This document shows positions 9,848-22,575 of a DNA stretch of 64,000 bases, piece after piece. The position numbers and the translations under genes are program-made. The notes beneath the pieces were generated by a model. That model was given only the letters and a program-made list of their open reading frames with translations. It searched no databases and was not told where the DNA came from. The DNA lies in contig CALXRX010000005.1 in the NCBI GenBank assembly GCA_944390975.1, positions 8,182 through 72,181 on the forward strand. The letters are read 5' to 3'. This DNA is from an uncultured Clostridia bacterium. GTDB taxonomy: Bacteria; Bacillota; Clostridia; TANB77; CAG-508. Within the stretch, counting starts at the first letter, position 1. Each line of letters starts with the position of its first letter.

Positions 9848-11506
9848 ATGGATTATAAAGATTTAGCAAATATAATATTTCCAGATGTTAAAGACATTTC
9901 ATATTATGAAGAAAAATATCCAAGAAGAAATTTAGAAGAAGGAGCAATAGTAACAAGATATGCCCCAAGCCCTACAGGATTTATGCATATAGGTGGATTG
10001 TATCAAAGTGTAGTAGCTAAAAAAATGGCAAAACAAACGAAAGGCGTATTTTTCTTAAGAATTGAAGATACAGACCAAAAAAGAGAAATTGAAAATGGAG
10101 TTAATGATATAATAAATGCATTAAGAGAATTTGATATGTTACCAGATGAAGGAATGACAGATGAAGAAAACTATGTAGGAAACTATGGTCCATATAAACA
10201 ATCTCAGAGAAAAGAAATCTATCAAAGCTATGCAAAATACTTAGTAGAAAAAGGACTTGCATACCCTTGTTTTTGTAAGCAAGAAGAATTAGAAGAAATG
10301 AGAAAAAAACAAGAAACAGCAAAATTAAGAACAGGTTATTATGGCATATGGGCAAAGTGTAGATTAATTCCAGTAAATGAAGCAATTGAGAAAATTAAAA
10401 ATGGTGAAGAATTTATATTAAGATTTAAGTCACCAGGTAACCCAGAAAAGAAAATAAAGCATCGTGACCAAATAAAAGGAAATGTAGATTTTCCAGAAAA
10501 TGACCAAGACATTGTAATAATAAAATCTGATGGATTACCAACTTACCATTTTGCACATGCAGTAGACGATCATTTAATGGGAACTACATGTGTAATCCGT
10601 GGGGATGAATGGTTATCTTCAGTGCCACTACATTTACAACTATTCCAAGCTTTAGGGTTTAAAGCACCAAAATATGCACATATTGCACCTATTATGAAAG
10701 AAGAAAATGGAGCAAAAAGAAAATTAAGCAAGAGAAAAGATCCAGAAGCTGCTGTAAGTTATTATGGGGAATTAGGAATCCCATCAGAAGCAGTAGACGA
10801 ATACTTGTTAAATATAGCAAATTCTAATTTTGAACAATGGAGAAGACAAAATCCAGATGCAAAATTAGATGAATTTGATTTACAATTAAATAAAATGAGT
10901 GTAAGTGGAGCTTTATTTGATATAATAAAATTATTAGATATCTCAAAAAGAGTAATTTCTAAATACACTAAAGAACAAGTATATGAAAAAGCATTAGTTT
11001 GGGCTGAAAAATATGATAAAGAATTAAAACAATTATTAGAAGAAAACAAAGAATATGCATTAAAAGTATTTGGAATAGAAAGAGGAAATGTAAAACCAAG
11101 AAGAGATATAGCTAAATGGTCAGATGTAAAAGAAAATATTATATATATGTATGATAAAGAATTTTATAAAAGCAAACCTATATACGAATTTCAAAAAATA
11201 TCAGATAAAGAAGAAATAAAAAATATTATAAATACATATATAACTAAATACTACAATAACTCAGACGATAAGCAAACATGGTTTGAAAAAATTAAAGATT
11301 TATCAGAAGATTTTGGATATGCAAGAGAAACTAAAGAATATAAAAATAATCCAGAAAAATATAAAGGACATGTAGGAGATGTAAGTACAGTAATTAGAAT
11401 TTGTCTAACATCAAGAAGTAATACTCCAGACATGTATGAAATAATGAATGTGTTAGGAGAAAAATCTGTTAAAGATAGACTACAATATGCAACACAAAAT
11501 ATGTAA
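9848..11506 (+). CDS. gltX: glutamate--tRNA ligase (class I aaRS)
   Basis: HIGH-type motif RYAPSPTGFMHIGG and KMSKS-type motif KLSKRK. 552 aa. Confidence 0.75.
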   Translation: MDYKDLANIIFPDVKDISYYEEKYPRRNLEEGAIVTRYAPSPTGFMHIGGLYQSVVAKKMAKQTKGVFFLRIEDTDQKREIENGVNDIINALREFDMLPDEGMTDEENYVGNYGPYKQSQRKEIYQSYAKYLVEKGLAYPCFCKQEELEEMRKKQETAKLRTGYYGIWAKCRLIPVNEAIEKIKNGEEFILRFKSPGNPEKKIKHRDQIKGNVDFPENDQDIVIIKSDGLPTYHFAHAVDDHLMGTTCVIRGDEWLSSVPLHLQLFQALGFKAPKYAHIAPIMKEENGAKRKLSKRKDPEAAVSYYGELGIPSEAVDEYLLNIANSNFEQWRRQNPDAKLDEFDLQLNKMSVSGALFDIIKLLDISKRVISKYTKEQVYEKALVWAEKYDKELKQLLEENKEYALKVFGIERGNVKPRRDIAKWSDVKENIIYMYDKEFYKSKPIYEFQKISDKEEIKNIINTYITKYYNNSDDKQTWFEKIKDLSEDFGYARETKEYKNNPEKYKGHVGDVSTVIRICLTSRSNTPDMYEIMNVLGEKSVKDRLQYATQNM

Positions 11507-11517
11507 GGATAGATAAT

Positions 11518-11718
11518 ATGGAATATAATATAGGAGATATAGTAAGAACAAAAAAAGTACACCCATGTGGAAGCAAATTATGGGAAATTACAAGAATTGG
11601 AGTAGACTTTAAACTAAAGTGCATGGGATGTGGACATGTAATAATGGTTGAAAGGCAAAAAGCATTAAAAATGATTACTAAAAATGTTAGTAAAGAAGAA
11701 AATACTAATAAAGATTAA
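11518..11718 (+). CDS. DUF951-family small protein
   Basis: 66 aa with the IGDIVRTKK...HPCGS...CMGCGH pattern of DUF951. Confidence 0.55.
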   Translation: MEYNIGDIVRTKKVHPCGSKLWEITRIGVDFKLKCMGCGHVIMVERQKALKMITKNVSKEENTNKD

Positions 11719-11734
11719 ATAAATAAAAAACAAA

Positions 11735-11778
11735 AATGTGGTGTAAAAAATAATAATTACACCACATTAATTTTATAC
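11735..11778 (+). terminator. Rho-independent terminator
   Basis: aatgtggtgtaa...ttacaccacatt hairpin followed by a T-rich tail. Confidence 0.55.
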
Positions 11779-11845
11779 ACTATATTGTATAAAAAATATA
11801 ATTAGGTATATAATCTAATTATAAATTATATAAAGGAGTGATAAT

Positions 11846-12922
11846 ATGAATGAAAAAGTAAAAGTAGTACAGTATGGTACTGGTAAAATGTCAGTTTATA
11901 CAATGCGTTATGTCGAAGAAAAAGGTGGACAAATAGTTGGAGCAATAGACATTAATCCTTCCGTTATTGGAAAAGATATAGGAGAAATTATGGGAGGACA
12001 AAATAGGGGAGTAAAGGTTACAGCTCTAGAGGACGCAGAAAAAATGTTAAAAGAAGTAAAACCAGATATTTGTATAGTTACAACTATGAGTTTATTTAAA
12101 GATGTAAAAGATGCATTAATGTTATGCGCAAGTTTAGGTATTAACGCAATTACTACTTGTGAGGAAGCATTCTTCCCAATGAATTCATATCCAGAAGCTA
12201 CAAAACAAATAGATGAACTTGCTAAAAAGAATAATTGTACAATAACAGGAAGCGGATATCAAGATATATATTGGGGACAACTTGTAACATCAGTTGCAGG
12301 CTCAACACAAACAATTAAAAAAATAAAAGGAAGTTCAAGCTATAATGTAGAAGACTATGGAATAGCACTAGCAAAAGCACATGGTGCAGGTTTGAATTTA
12401 AAAGAATTTGAAGAACAAGTTGCATCAGCAGATAATATTTCAGAAGAAGAAAGACAAGACTTAATAAATAAAGGTGAATTTTTACCTTCATATATGTGGA
12501 ATGTAAATGGATGGTTATGTGAAAAATTAGGACTAACAGTAGAAAGTCAGTCACAAAAATGTGTACCACAAACATATAAAGAAGATTTATACTCATCAAC
12601 ACTTGATATGACAGTAAAAGCAGGAGATGCAACAGGAATGAGTGCAGTAGTTACTACAAAAACAAAAGAAGGAATAATACTTGAAACAGAATGTATAGGC
12701 AAAGTATATTCTAAAGAAGATTATGACAAAAATGAGTGGACAATAGAAGGAGAGCCAAATACAACAATAGTAGTTTCAAGACCACAAACTGTAGAATTAA
12801 CATGCGCATCAGTTGTAAATAGAATACCAGATGTAATAAATGCAAAACCAGGGTACATGCCAACAGAACAAATTGGTGAATTAAATTATAAAGTAAAACC
12901 ACTAAATGAATATATAAATTAA
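11846..12922 (+). CDS. DapB-N-like NAD(P)-dependent dehydrogenase, 2,4-diaminopentanoate/amine dehydrogenase family (tentative)
   Basis: N-terminal VVQYGTGKMS...GGQIVGAIDINP...IGKDIGEI Rossmann pattern, as in the amine dehydrogenase family. No ornithine-pathway neighbours. Confidence 0.4.
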   Translation: MNEKVKVVQYGTGKMSVYTMRYVEEKGGQIVGAIDINPSVIGKDIGEIMGGQNRGVKVTALEDAEKMLKEVKPDICIVTTMSLFKDVKDALMLCASLGINAITTCEEAFFPMNSYPEATKQIDELAKKNNCTITGSGYQDIYWGQLVTSVAGSTQTIKKIKGSSSYNVEDYGIALAKAHGAGLNLKEFEEQVASADNISEEERQDLINKGEFLPSYMWNVNGWLCEKLGLTVESQSQKCVPQTYKEDLYSSTLDMTVKAGDATGMSAVVTTKTKEGIILETECIGKVYSKEDYDKNEWTIEGEPNTTIVVSRPQTVELTCASVVNRIPDVINAKPGYMPTEQIGELNYKVKPLNEYIN

Positions 12923-13021
12923 AAAATAAGGGCGGTTATTTATTTAAAAATAACTGCCCTATTGACATTAAAATATTAAAAATAGTAGAATAACATATAT
13001 AAATAACAAAAGAGGTAGAAA

Positions 13022-13669
13022 ATGGAAACAAACTTATTTAATCAAGTAATAGATTTTATAAAGAAAAATTTAAAATGGATAGTTTTACTATTAAGTATAA
13101 TTATATTTTGGTTAATATTAGAAGACATTTTTGAAAACGAAATAGGAAATTTTGATAATATGATATATAGTGTAATATCTCAATGTATATCACCTGTAAC
13201 TACAAATATATTTAAAGTAATAACGAATTTAGGAGGAGCAATTACATTAATATTTCTAACATTATGCACACTAATATTTGCTAAAAATAAAAAGCATGCA
13301 ATATATGTAAGTGTTAATTTAGTAGTAATAACACTATTAAATCAAATACTAAAATATGTTATTCAAAGACCAAGGCCAACAGAATTTAGAATTATAGATG
13401 AAACAGGATATAGCTTTCCATCTGGACATTCAATGGTCAGTATGGCTTTTTATGGATTAATAATTTATTTGATATATAAAAACATACAAAACAAATACTT
13501 GAAATGGATATTAATAATATTATTATCTAGTTTAATAATACTGATTGGAACTAGTAGAATTTATTTAGGAGTACATTACGCAAGTGATGTTATAGGAGGC
13601 TTTTGTTTCTCAATAGGATATCTAGTTATATTTACTAAAATTATAAAAAAATTTAGTAAAAATAGTTAG
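13022..13669 (+). CDS. PAP2-family phosphatase (undecaprenyl-diphosphatase / phosphatidic acid phosphatase type)
   Basis: PAP2 motifs: KYVIQRPRP, PSGHS and SRIYLGVHYASDV. Confidence 0.7.
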   Translation: METNLFNQVIDFIKKNLKWIVLLLSIIIFWLILEDIFENEIGNFDNMIYSVISQCISPVTTNIFKVITNLGGAITLIFLTLCTLIFAKNKKHAIYVSVNLVVITLLNQILKYVIQRPRPTEFRIIDETGYSFPSGHSMVSMAFYGLIIYLIYKNIQNKYLKWILIILLSSLIILIGTSRIYLGVHYASDVIGGFCFSIGYLVIFTKIIKKFSKNS

Positions 13670-13725
13670 AAAATTATAATAAGTGATATAATATTAATAA
13701 ATTAATATAGATTGGAGAGAGGAAA

Positions 13726-14685
13726 ATGATAGAAAGAAGAAAAATTGTTTTAGTAGGTACAGGTTTTGTAGGAATGAGTATGGCATATTCACTTCTAAAT
13801 CAGGGAGGTGTAAATGAGTTAGTTTTAATAGATATAATGAAAGATAAAGCAGAAGGTGAAGCAATGGACTTATCTCATGGAATGCCATTTGCACCAAGTA
13901 AAATGGATATAAAATCAGGAGACTACGATGAATGTAAAGATGCAAATATTGTAGTAATTACAGCAGGATTAAATCAAAAACCTAATCAGACAAGATTAGA
14001 ACTAGCAGAAGCAAATGCAAAAATTATAAAAGATATAACTAAGCAAGTTGTAGAATCAGGATTTAAAGGAATTTTTGTAGTAGCAAGCAATCCAGTAGAT
14101 TTAATGACATATGTAGTGTATAAAACATCAGGATTTCCAAGTAGTAAAGTTATTGGCTCAGGAACAGTATTAGATACAGCAAGGTTACGTTATTTAATAG
14201 GAGATTATCTAGATGTATCTAGCAAAAATGTCCATGCATATATTATGGGAGAACATGGGGATTCATCATTTGTACCTTGGTCACATTGTTATGTTGGATG
14301 CAAAAAATTAATAGATGTAATGAAAGAAAATAAAAAGCCTATGGAAGATTTAGACAAAATATATACTAATGTACAACAAGCAGCATATGAAATTATAAAC
14401 AAGAAAAAAGCAACATATTATGGAATAGGAATTGCATTAACAAGACTAATAAAAGCTATTTTAGGAGATGAAAATTCAATTATGCCAGTTTCTACTTATT
14501 TAAGTGGACAATACGGCCATGAAGGAATGTTTATAGGAGTTCCAGCCATTATAAATAGAAAAGGAGTAAAAGAAATACTAGAATTAAAACTTGAAGATAA
14601 AGACCAAAAAGAATTTGATAATAGCTGTAATTTATTAAATAAAATGATAAAAGATAGTATTAATCCAATTATAGAAAAAGATTAA
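13726..14685 (+). CDS. ldh: L-lactate dehydrogenase
   Basis: KIVLVGTGFVGMS NAD-binding site, ASNPVD motif and catalytic-loop residues. 319 aa. Confidence 0.9.
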   Translation: MIERRKIVLVGTGFVGMSMAYSLLNQGGVNELVLIDIMKDKAEGEAMDLSHGMPFAPSKMDIKSGDYDECKDANIVVITAGLNQKPNQTRLELAEANAKIIKDITKQVVESGFKGIFVVASNPVDLMTYVVYKTSGFPSSKVIGSGTVLDTARLRYLIGDYLDVSSKNVHAYIMGEHGDSSFVPWSHCYVGCKKLIDVMKENKKPMEDLDKIYTNVQQAAYEIINKKKATYYGIGIALTRLIKAILGDENSIMPVSTYLSGQYGHEGMFIGVPAIINRKGVKEILELKLEDKDQKEFDNSCNLLNKMIKDSINPIIEKD

Positions 14686-14689
14686 AAAA

Positions 14690-14721
14690 GAATGGTAGTT
14701 AAAAGCTACCATCTTTTTTTC
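14690..14721 (+). terminator. Rho-independent terminator after ldh
   Basis: atggtagttaaaagctaccat hairpin followed by a T-run. Confidence 0.65.
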
Positions 14722-14823
14722 AAAATATTTATATACGATTACCAGGTAATTAAATACTGATACTTGAACTTTAACAAAAATATAAATTTAAATAAATAAT
14801 TGATTTTTATATAAAAGTTTTAG

Positions 14824-15993
<1,170 letters not shown>

Positions 15994-16009
15994 TAAAAGG
16001 GGGAAAAGT

Positions 16010-17371
16010 ATGCAAAACTTTGGAAATTTAGAAAACTCAAAACAGGAAAAAAACAAAAAAATTTCAAGGATTATTATAGTTTTTATAATATTACTATTTA
16101 TTGCAATTATAGCTGTAATGTGTGCAATAATTTTTCTACAAAATAATTCTCTTAGTGTGTATATAGATGGAGTAAGCGTTAATTTACCAACAGACACAAT
16201 AATAATAGATGAAAACTCTGGAAAAATATATGTAGATATTAAAGAAATTGCAAGTTATTTAGGTTATGATTCTCACAATGGAGAATATAAACTATTTACA
16301 GAAGATACTAACAAATGTTGGGTAAATTGTGAAGACGAAACAGCATCATTTTACTTAAACTCTAATAGAATATCAAAAGTAGAGCCAGATGAAACAAAGG
16401 ATTATGAAGATTATCTAATAACAGATCCAGTTGTAAATATAAATGGAAAACTATATACTACAAGTGAAGGTATAAAAATAGGATTTAATGTAATATTTAA
16501 TTATAATGAAGAAACAAATAATATACAAATAAGCACACTACCATATTTAGTTGAAAGATATACTACTATATTTAAAGGTTATGGTTATAGCGGAGTAAGC
16601 AATAATTTCAATAATCAAAAAGCTATTTTATATAATATGTTCGTAGTAAAAAAAGATAATGGACTATATGGAGTAGTAGATGCAAATAATAAAGAAATTA
16701 TAAGTTCTAGATATCAAAGCATGGAATTTAACGAAAACTTAAAAGAATTTTTTGTATCAAACACATCTAGAAAAGTTGGAATAGTTACACAAGCAGGTGA
16801 TACAAAAATAAATCTTTTATATGATGAAATAGACATGTTAGATAAAAATAATGGGTTATATTTAGTAAAAAACAATAATAAGTATGGAGTATTAGGAAAT
16901 GCAGGAAATATTGTAATCCACTTAGAATATGACAAAATTGGAGTAGATACTACTAAATTTCCAAATGATACCATAAAAAATAAATATTTATTATTCGATA
17001 ATGCAATACCAGTATATCAAAATAAAAAATGGGGATTATTTGATAAAACAGGAAAAATGATATTACCATTAGAATATGATGAAATAGGGTATGTAGCAGG
17101 AAGTTCAAATAGAAATGTTAATAACTTACTTATTATACCAACATGTAAATCAATAGTATTAGGAAAAACATATGATAAACAAACAAAATACGGAATTTAT
17201 AATTATTTAGGAGAGCAACTTGTACCATGTCAATTAGATAGTGCTTATTCAATAACAAATGCAGGGGTAGACACATACTATATGGAATACCAAGGACAAC
17301 TATTAGATATTGAAAGCTATATACAAAGAGTATATGGATCAAGTAGTGTAGTAGAAACAACAGACACATAA
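16010..17371 (+). CDS. membrane-anchored protein with WG-containing repeats, function unknown
   Basis: N-terminal TM helix and repeated KWG/YG-motif segments. Likely start is the ATG at 16010 after an AAGGGGGAA RBS; the ORF-track start is 15974. Confidence 0.45.
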   Translation: MQNFGNLENSKQEKNKKISRIIIVFIILLFIAIIAVMCAIIFLQNNSLSVYIDGVSVNLPTDTIIIDENSGKIYVDIKEIASYLGYDSHNGEYKLFTEDTNKCWVNCEDETASFYLNSNRISKVEPDETKDYEDYLITDPVVNINGKLYTTSEGIKIGFNVIFNYNEETNNIQISTLPYLVERYTTIFKGYGYSGVSNNFNNQKAILYNMFVVKKDNGLYGVVDANNKEIISSRYQSMEFNENLKEFFVSNTSRKVGIVTQAGDTKINLLYDEIDMLDKNNGLYLVKNNNKYGVLGNAGNIVIHLEYDKIGVDTTKFPNDTIKNKYLLFDNAIPVYQNKKWGLFDKTGKMILPLEYDEIGYVAGSSNRNVNNLLIIPTCKSIVLGKTYDKQTKYGIYNYLGEQLVPCQLDSAYSITNAGVDTYYMEYQGQLLDIESYIQRVYGSSSVVETTDT

Positions 17372-17373
17372 AA

Positions 17374-17402
17374 AAGGCAGAGGATACTCTGCTTTTTTTT
17401 AC
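17374..17402 (+). terminator. Rho-independent terminator
   Basis: ggcagaggatactctgcc hairpin followed by T8. Confidence 0.7.
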
Positions 17403-17537
17403 AAATAAGTATATAGAATAAAACTTAAAACTTCTCCAATTGTTCTAAAAAATAATTCACTATAATATATTTTAATAGATTAATAATATTTATAATGAAG
17501 AAATTTAAACCAGATAAAAGAGAGGAGAAATTTTTAT

Positions 17538-17939
17538 ATGAAAAATATAGCCGAAACATCAGGAATAGATAACAAAAACAATATTCTTAATATATTTAAA
17601 GGAATTGTAATTTCATTTATTCTCACATTAATTCTATTATTCATATTTTCAGTAATTTTAACATATACAAATGTACCTGAAAACACAATAGGGCCAGTGA
17701 TAATAATAATAACAATAGTAAGTATATTAATAGGAAGCAGTATAAGTACAATAAAAATAAGAAAAAATGGGATAATAAATGGGGGAATTATTGGAATTAT
17801 ATATATACTAATAATTTATTTGTTTTCTAGTATGTTCGAGACAGGATTTAATGTTAACATATATTCTATAATAATGATAGCACTTTCTATAATAGCTGGA
17901 ATGGCTGGAGGAATAGTAGGAGTAAATATAAAAAAATAA
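17538..17939 (+). CDS. small polytopic membrane protein, function unknown
   Basis: 133 aa, four predicted hydrophobic helices. RBS AGAGGAGAAA upstream. Confidence 0.4.
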   Translation: MKNIAETSGIDNKNNILNIFKGIVISFILTLILLFIFSVILTYTNVPENTIGPVIIIITIVSILIGSSISTIKIRKNGIINGGIIGIIYILIIYLFSSMFETGFNVNIYSIIMIALSIIAGMAGGIVGVNIKK

Positions 17940-18013
17940 TTGACAAAAAAAAATATGTAGTATAAAATGAACAATAGTTGAAAAACAAAAAATAGCATAA
18001 AGGAGAATGAAAA

Positions 18014-18475
18014 ATGGAAAAAATACGTAGATTTGAAATAGCAAAAGGTTATGAAGATAAACAAATTAATTTACCAGTTAGAAAAACAAAATATTCAGCA
18101 GGATATGATGTAGAAGCTGCAGAAGATTGCACAATTAAAAGCTTCAAAAAAGGAGATAAACCAACACTTGTAAAAACAGGAATAAAAGCATATATGCCAG
18201 AAGATGAAGTATTAATACTTGCAAACCGTAGTTCTAACCCAGGAAAAAAAGGTTTAATACTTGCAAATAGTATAGGAGTAATTGATAGTGACTATTATGG
18301 AAATGAAGATAATGATGGGCATATAATGTTTGCATTTTATAATATAAAAGAAGAAGATATCGAAATAAAAAAAGGAGATGTAATAGGTCAAGCAATATTC
18401 CAAAAATATTTAATAACAGATGATGATGCAGCAACAGGAGAAAGAATAGGTGGATTTGGCTCAACTAGTAAATAA
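18014..18475 (+). CDS. dut: dUTP diphosphatase
   Basis: dUTPase motifs including RSSNPGKKG and GVIDSDYYG. Confidence 0.8.
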   Translation: MEKIRRFEIAKGYEDKQINLPVRKTKYSAGYDVEAAEDCTIKSFKKGDKPTLVKTGIKAYMPEDEVLILANRSSNPGKKGLILANSIGVIDSDYYGNEDNDGHIMFAFYNIKEEDIEIKKGDVIGQAIFQKYLITDDDAATGERIGGFGSTSK

Positions 18476-18544
18476 AAAATATTAGATAAGACAACACTTA
18501 GAGATTAAAGTGAAGGCGGAAGAATAGTATTTTTCCGTAAGAAA

Positions 18545-18580
18545 AAATTACCAAAAGTTTTTGACTTTTGGTAATTTTTA
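18545..18580 (+). terminator. Rho-independent terminator after dut
   Basis: attaccaaaagtttttgacttttggtaat hairpin followed by a T-run. Confidence 0.65.
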
Positions 18581-18700
18581 TGATATAATAATTATGGTTA
18601 AAAAAGAAAAAAGCGGTCATAAATTGCGTAATTAATTTAGCTTAAAGTATCGCATTTTTTTATTAATAGATATTAGTTTTCAGAAAGGAGTGGCACTTAT

Positions 18701-19273
18701 ATGTTTAATGTAGGAGACCATATAGTATACCCTATGCATGGGGCAGGAGTAATAGATGCAATTGAGGAAAAAGATATTTTAGGAGAAAAGCAAGCTTATT
18801 ACATACTAAAAATGCCTGGGGAGGTAAAAGTAATGGTGCCAACCAACAAAGCTGAAGAAATTGGTGTAAGAGAAGTTGTTGATAAAGCATCTGCAGATAA
18901 AGTTTTTGCCATATTAGAAGAAGATAAAACAGAAATGTCAATGAACTGGAATAAAAGATATCGCGACAATATGGATAAAATGAAAAGTGGAAATATTTAT
19001 GAAATTGCTGACGTTGTAAGAAACTTATCATTTAAACAAAAAGAAAAAGGTTTATCAACAGGAGAAAAGAAAATGTTATCAAATGCCAAACAAATTTTAG
19101 TTAGTGAATTAGTACTTGCAGAAAATGCTTCAGAAGATGAAGTAGAAGGGTTAATCGAAAACAAAATAAATGCATCATTTAAAGAATTTGAATTAGATAA
19201 CATAGAGCCAGTAAAAAATGTTGTAAACAAATTTATACCATATGAAGATACAGGGGACAATCAAAATATGTAA
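18701..19273 (+). CDS. CarD/CdnL-family transcriptional regulator (RNA polymerase-binding)
   Basis: N-terminal FNVGDHIVYPMHGAGVIDAIEEK...YY matches the CarD_CdnL_TRCF RNAP-interaction domain. Confidence 0.75.
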   Translation: MFNVGDHIVYPMHGAGVIDAIEEKDILGEKQAYYILKMPGEVKVMVPTNKAEEIGVREVVDKASADKVFAILEEDKTEMSMNWNKRYRDNMDKMKSGNIYEIADVVRNLSFKQKEKGLSTGEKKMLSNAKQILVSELVLAENASEDEVEGLIENKINASFKEFELDNIEPVKNVVNKFIPYEDTGDNQNM

Positions 19274-19284
19274 TATTAAAGACA

Positions 19285-19315
19285 AAAGAGAATATATAAA
19301 CTATATTCTCTTTTA
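19285..19315 (+). terminator. Rho-independent terminator
   Basis: aagagaatatataaactatattctctt hairpin followed by Ts. Confidence 0.6.
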
Positions 19316-19453
19316 AATTGAAAACAATAAATAATATAAATATTGCTATAAATTTATATAACAAATTTCAAATATTTTTAATTTTATGTGAAGTAAGAAG
19401 GATTTAGAGAATTTATGTCGAATAGAATAGTATAATAAGGAAAGGTAATAAGG

Positions 19454-21244
19454 ATGGTACGATATAGTGATGAACTAATTGATGAAATTAGAAATAGTAA
19501 CGATATAGTTGATGTGATATCACAATACGTAGTATTAAAAAGAAGTGGTAGAAATTTTTTTGGATTATGTCCATTTCATAAAGAAAAATCCCCTTCTTTT
19601 TCTGTGTCACCAGACAAGCAAATATTTCATTGTTTTGGATGTGGTGTTGGAGGAAATGTAATTCATTTTGTAAGTAAAATTGAAAATTTAGATTTTAGAG
19701 CAACTTTAGAATTACTTGCAGAAAGAAGCGGAATAAATTTACCAATATTAGAAAATGGACAAGATAGCGATAAATTACGACTTAAAGAAAAAGTTTACCA
19801 AATTAATAAATATACAGCAAACTATTTTCATGAAAATCTTTATAAACCAAATGCCAAACAAGCTCAAGAATACGTAAAAAAAAGAAAGCTTGATAATAAT
19901 ACATTAAAAACATTTAGTATTGGATTCTCCACAAATTTTGATGAATTATATAAAGCATTAAAAACGCAAGGTTTTAGTGATGAAGAAATATTAGCATCAA
20001 GTTTAGTAAGCAAATCACAAAAAGGACAATTTTATGATAAATTTAAATCAAGATTAATGTTTCCAATAAAAGATATTCAAGATAGAGTAATTGCATTTGG
20101 AGGAAGAGTTTTAGATGATAGTAAACCTAAATACATAAATTCTCCAGAAAATATAGTATATAGTAAAGGAAGAAATCTATTTGGCTTAAATGTAGCGAAA
20201 AAAAGCGGAAATAATAAAATAATTATTGTTGAAGGTTATATGGATGCTATATCACTATATCAAAGAGGAATTACAAATGTTGTAGCATCTTTAGGAACAG
20301 CCCTTACAGAAGCACAAGGAAGATTACTTAGAAAATATGCTTCTCAAGTTATTATAGGATATGATTCAGATGGTGCAGGACAAGCAGCCACAATGAGAGG
20401 TATGGAAATATTACAAAACCTAGGTTGTGACATACGAATTTTACAATTAGATGGTGATGCAAAAGATCCAGATGAATATATTATAAAATATGGTAGTGGA
20501 AGATTTGAAAAATGTGTAGAAAATGCAATTTCACTTGTTGAGTTTAAAGTAAAAACATTAAAAAACACATTAAAAATTCAAACAGCTAGTGATAAAATAA
20601 AGTTTTTAAATGAAATTGTGAAAATACTATCAAAAGTAGATAATAATATAGAAAGAGAAATCTACATAGATAAAATTTCAAAAGAATATAATATTTCAAA
20701 AGAAGCGATTTATGCAGAATCAAATAAAATGTCTAATTCAAATAATCAAGGAATAAAAATTTTACAAAAACCAATAGGAATAAGAAACCAATCTAAGATA
20801 AAAAGTAATAATGAAGAAGTAAGTGAAGCCTTAGTAAAAAGGGAAAATATGATTATATCACTTTTAATTAACCCAGAAATTAATGCATATGAGCAAATTA
20901 GTAAAAAAATAAAACCAGAAGATTTTAAACAAGAACAAAACAAAAAAATTGCAACCAAATTGTATGAACACTTTGAAAAAGGAAATAGTAATAACATACT
21001 AGATTTGTTCCAAGAGGAAGAATTAATTAATCATATAACAAGTATAATGGCAGACGACTTTGAAATATCAGATAATAAGAAAGCAATAGAGGACTTACTA
21101 AATTTATATGAAAGAGAGAAACTAATTGATGAAAAAAGCAGAATTATAAAAAAATTAGAAGACACAAGTTTAGATGCTGAAGAAAGTAGAAATCTTGAAA
21201 AAGAATTACAAAAAATAATTATACAAATTGCAAAAATAAAATAG
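19454..21244 (+). CDS. dnaG: DNA primase
   Basis: Zinc-ribbon [11 protein letters not shown]...HCFGCG, a TOPRIM region (EGYMD) and a C-terminal helicase-binding domain. Followed immediately by rpoD. Confidence 0.9.
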   Translation: MVRYSDELIDEIRNSNDIVDVISQYVVLKRSGRNFFGLCPFHKEKSPSFSVSPDKQIFHCFGCGVGGNVIHFVSKIENLDFRATLELLAERSGINLPILENGQDSDKLRLKEKVYQINKYTANYFHENLYKPNAKQAQEYVKKRKLDNNTLKTFSIGFSTNFDELYKALKTQGFSDEEILASSLVSKSQKGQFYDKFKSRLMFPIKDIQDRVIAFGGRVLDDSKPKYINSPENIVYSKGRNLFGLNVAKKSGNNKIIIVEGYMDAISLYQRGITNVVASLGTALTEAQGRLLRKYASQVIIGYDSDGAGQAATMRGMEILQNLGCDIRILQLDGDAKDPDEYIIKYGSGRFEKCVENAISLVEFKVKTLKNTLKIQTASDKIKFLNEIVKILSKVDNNIEREIYIDKISKEYNISKEAIYAESNKMSNSNNQGIKILQKPIGIRNQSKIKSNNEEVSEALVKRENMIISLLINPEINAYEQISKKIKPEDFKQEQNKKIATKLYEHFEKGNSNNILDLFQEEELINHITSIMADDFEISDNKKAIEDLLNLYEREKLIDEKSRIIKKLEDTSLDAEESRNLEKELQKIIIQIAKIK

Positions 21245-21255
21245 GAGGTATAAAG

Positions 21256-22461
21256 GTGATAGAAGAAGAAAAAAAAGAAACTAAAAAATTAAAAAAAGAT
21301 AATGCTGTAGAAGAAAACAAAAAAGTGGACAACAAGGATAATGATAAGTCAGAAAATAAAGAAAAAACACAAGACAATATTTCAGAAGATGAAAAAGTAA
21401 GAAATATTATAGAAAAAGCAAAAAAACAGGGACAAATAACATATGGTGAAATAGCAACAGAATTAGATACTGCAAATCCAGACCAAATAGAAAAAGTATT
21501 TGATGCATTTGAAGAATTAAATATGGATGTTTTAAAAGACGACTTAGATGACCAAGAGCCAGATTTAGAAGACTTAGAAGAAGTAGAAGATATTAAAGTA
21601 GAAGATATTAATTTAGCAAATTTTGATGGAATTAGTACAGATGATCCAGTTAGAATGTATTTAAGAGAAATTGGTCGTATACCACTTCTTAGTTATGATG
21701 AAGAATTAGAAATAGCAAAAAAAGTATTAGATGGAGATGAAGAAGCAAAACAAAAACTTGCAGAATCCAATTTAAGACTTGTTGTTAGTATAGCAAAAAA
21801 ATATGTTGGAAGAGGTATGCTTTTCTTAGATTTAATACAAGAAGGAAATATGGGATTAATAAAAGCAGTTGATAAATTCGATTATAAAAAAGGTTTTAAA
21901 TTTAGTACTTATGCAACATGGTGGATACGTCAGGCAATTACAAGAGCAATTGCTGACCAAGCAAGAACAATAAGAATACCAGTTCATATGGTAGAAACAA
22001 TTAATAAACTAATTCGTACATCTAGGCATTTACTACAAAAATTAGGTAGAGAGCCATCACCAGAAGAAATTGCAGAAGAATTAGAAATGCCAGTTGAAAA
22101 AGTAATGGAAATACAAAAAATTGCACAAGACCCAGTATCACTTGAAACACCAATTGGCGAAGAAGATGACAGCCATTTAGGAGATTTTATACAAGATGAT
22201 GATTCACCAGCACCACATGATTCAGCAGCATATACTTTATTAAAAGAGCAGTTAGAAGATGTAATGAATACATTAACTCCTAGAGAAGCAAAAGTATTAA
22301 AATTAAGATTTGGACTAGAAGATGGAAAAGCAAGAACATTAGAAGAAGTAGGAAGAGAATTTGAAGTAACAAGAGAAAGAATAAGACAAATTGAAGCAAA
22401 AGCACTAAGAAAACTTAGACATCCAAGTAGAAGCAAAAAATTAAGAGACTATATGAATTAG
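21256..22461 (+). CDS. rpoD: RNA polymerase primary sigma factor (sigma-70/SigA)
   Basis: Regions 1.2 to 4 are present, including [30 protein letters not shown] start after an AGGAGG RBS. Classic dnaG-rpoD pair. Confidence 0.9.
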   Translation: MIEEEKKETKKLKKDNAVEENKKVDNKDNDKSENKEKTQDNISEDEKVRNIIEKAKKQGQITYGEIATELDTANPDQIEKVFDAFEELNMDVLKDDLDDQEPDLEDLEEVEDIKVEDINLANFDGISTDDPVRMYLREIGRIPLLSYDEELEIAKKVLDGDEEAKQKLAESNLRLVVSIAKKYVGRGMLFLDLIQEGNMGLIKAVDKFDYKKGFKFSTYATWWIRQAITRAIADQARTIRIPVHMVETINKLIRTSRHLLQKLGREPSPEEIAEELEMPVEKVMEIQKIAQDPVSLETPIGEEDDSHLGDFIQDDDSPAPHDSAAYTLLKEQLEDVMNTLTPREAKVLKLRFGLEDGKARTLEEVGREFEVTRERIRQIEAKALRKLRHPSRSKKLRDYMN

Positions 22462-22486
22462 AATACAAAAATTATAACAAAACATA

Positions 22487-22516
22487 GCAGACAAAACAGT
22501 CTGCTTATTTTTTTCT
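22487..22516 (+). terminator. Rho-independent terminator after rpoD
   Basis: gcagacaaaacagtctgc hairpin followed by T8. Confidence 0.75.
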
Positions 22517-22575
22517 GGTGAGACAAGGTTAGGCATCTTTTCGTGTTAACGTTTAGTCTATTTTACTTTTTAATA

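Noticed and set aside
12929-12960. Hairpin agggcggttatttatttaaaaataactgccct after the 11846 gene as a Rho-independent terminator
   Set aside because: It is a good stem, but it is preceded rather than followed by the homopolymer run and only att follows it. Intrinsic terminator function on the + strand is doubtful, and it may act with the adjacent promoter-like TTGACA..TAGAAT instead.
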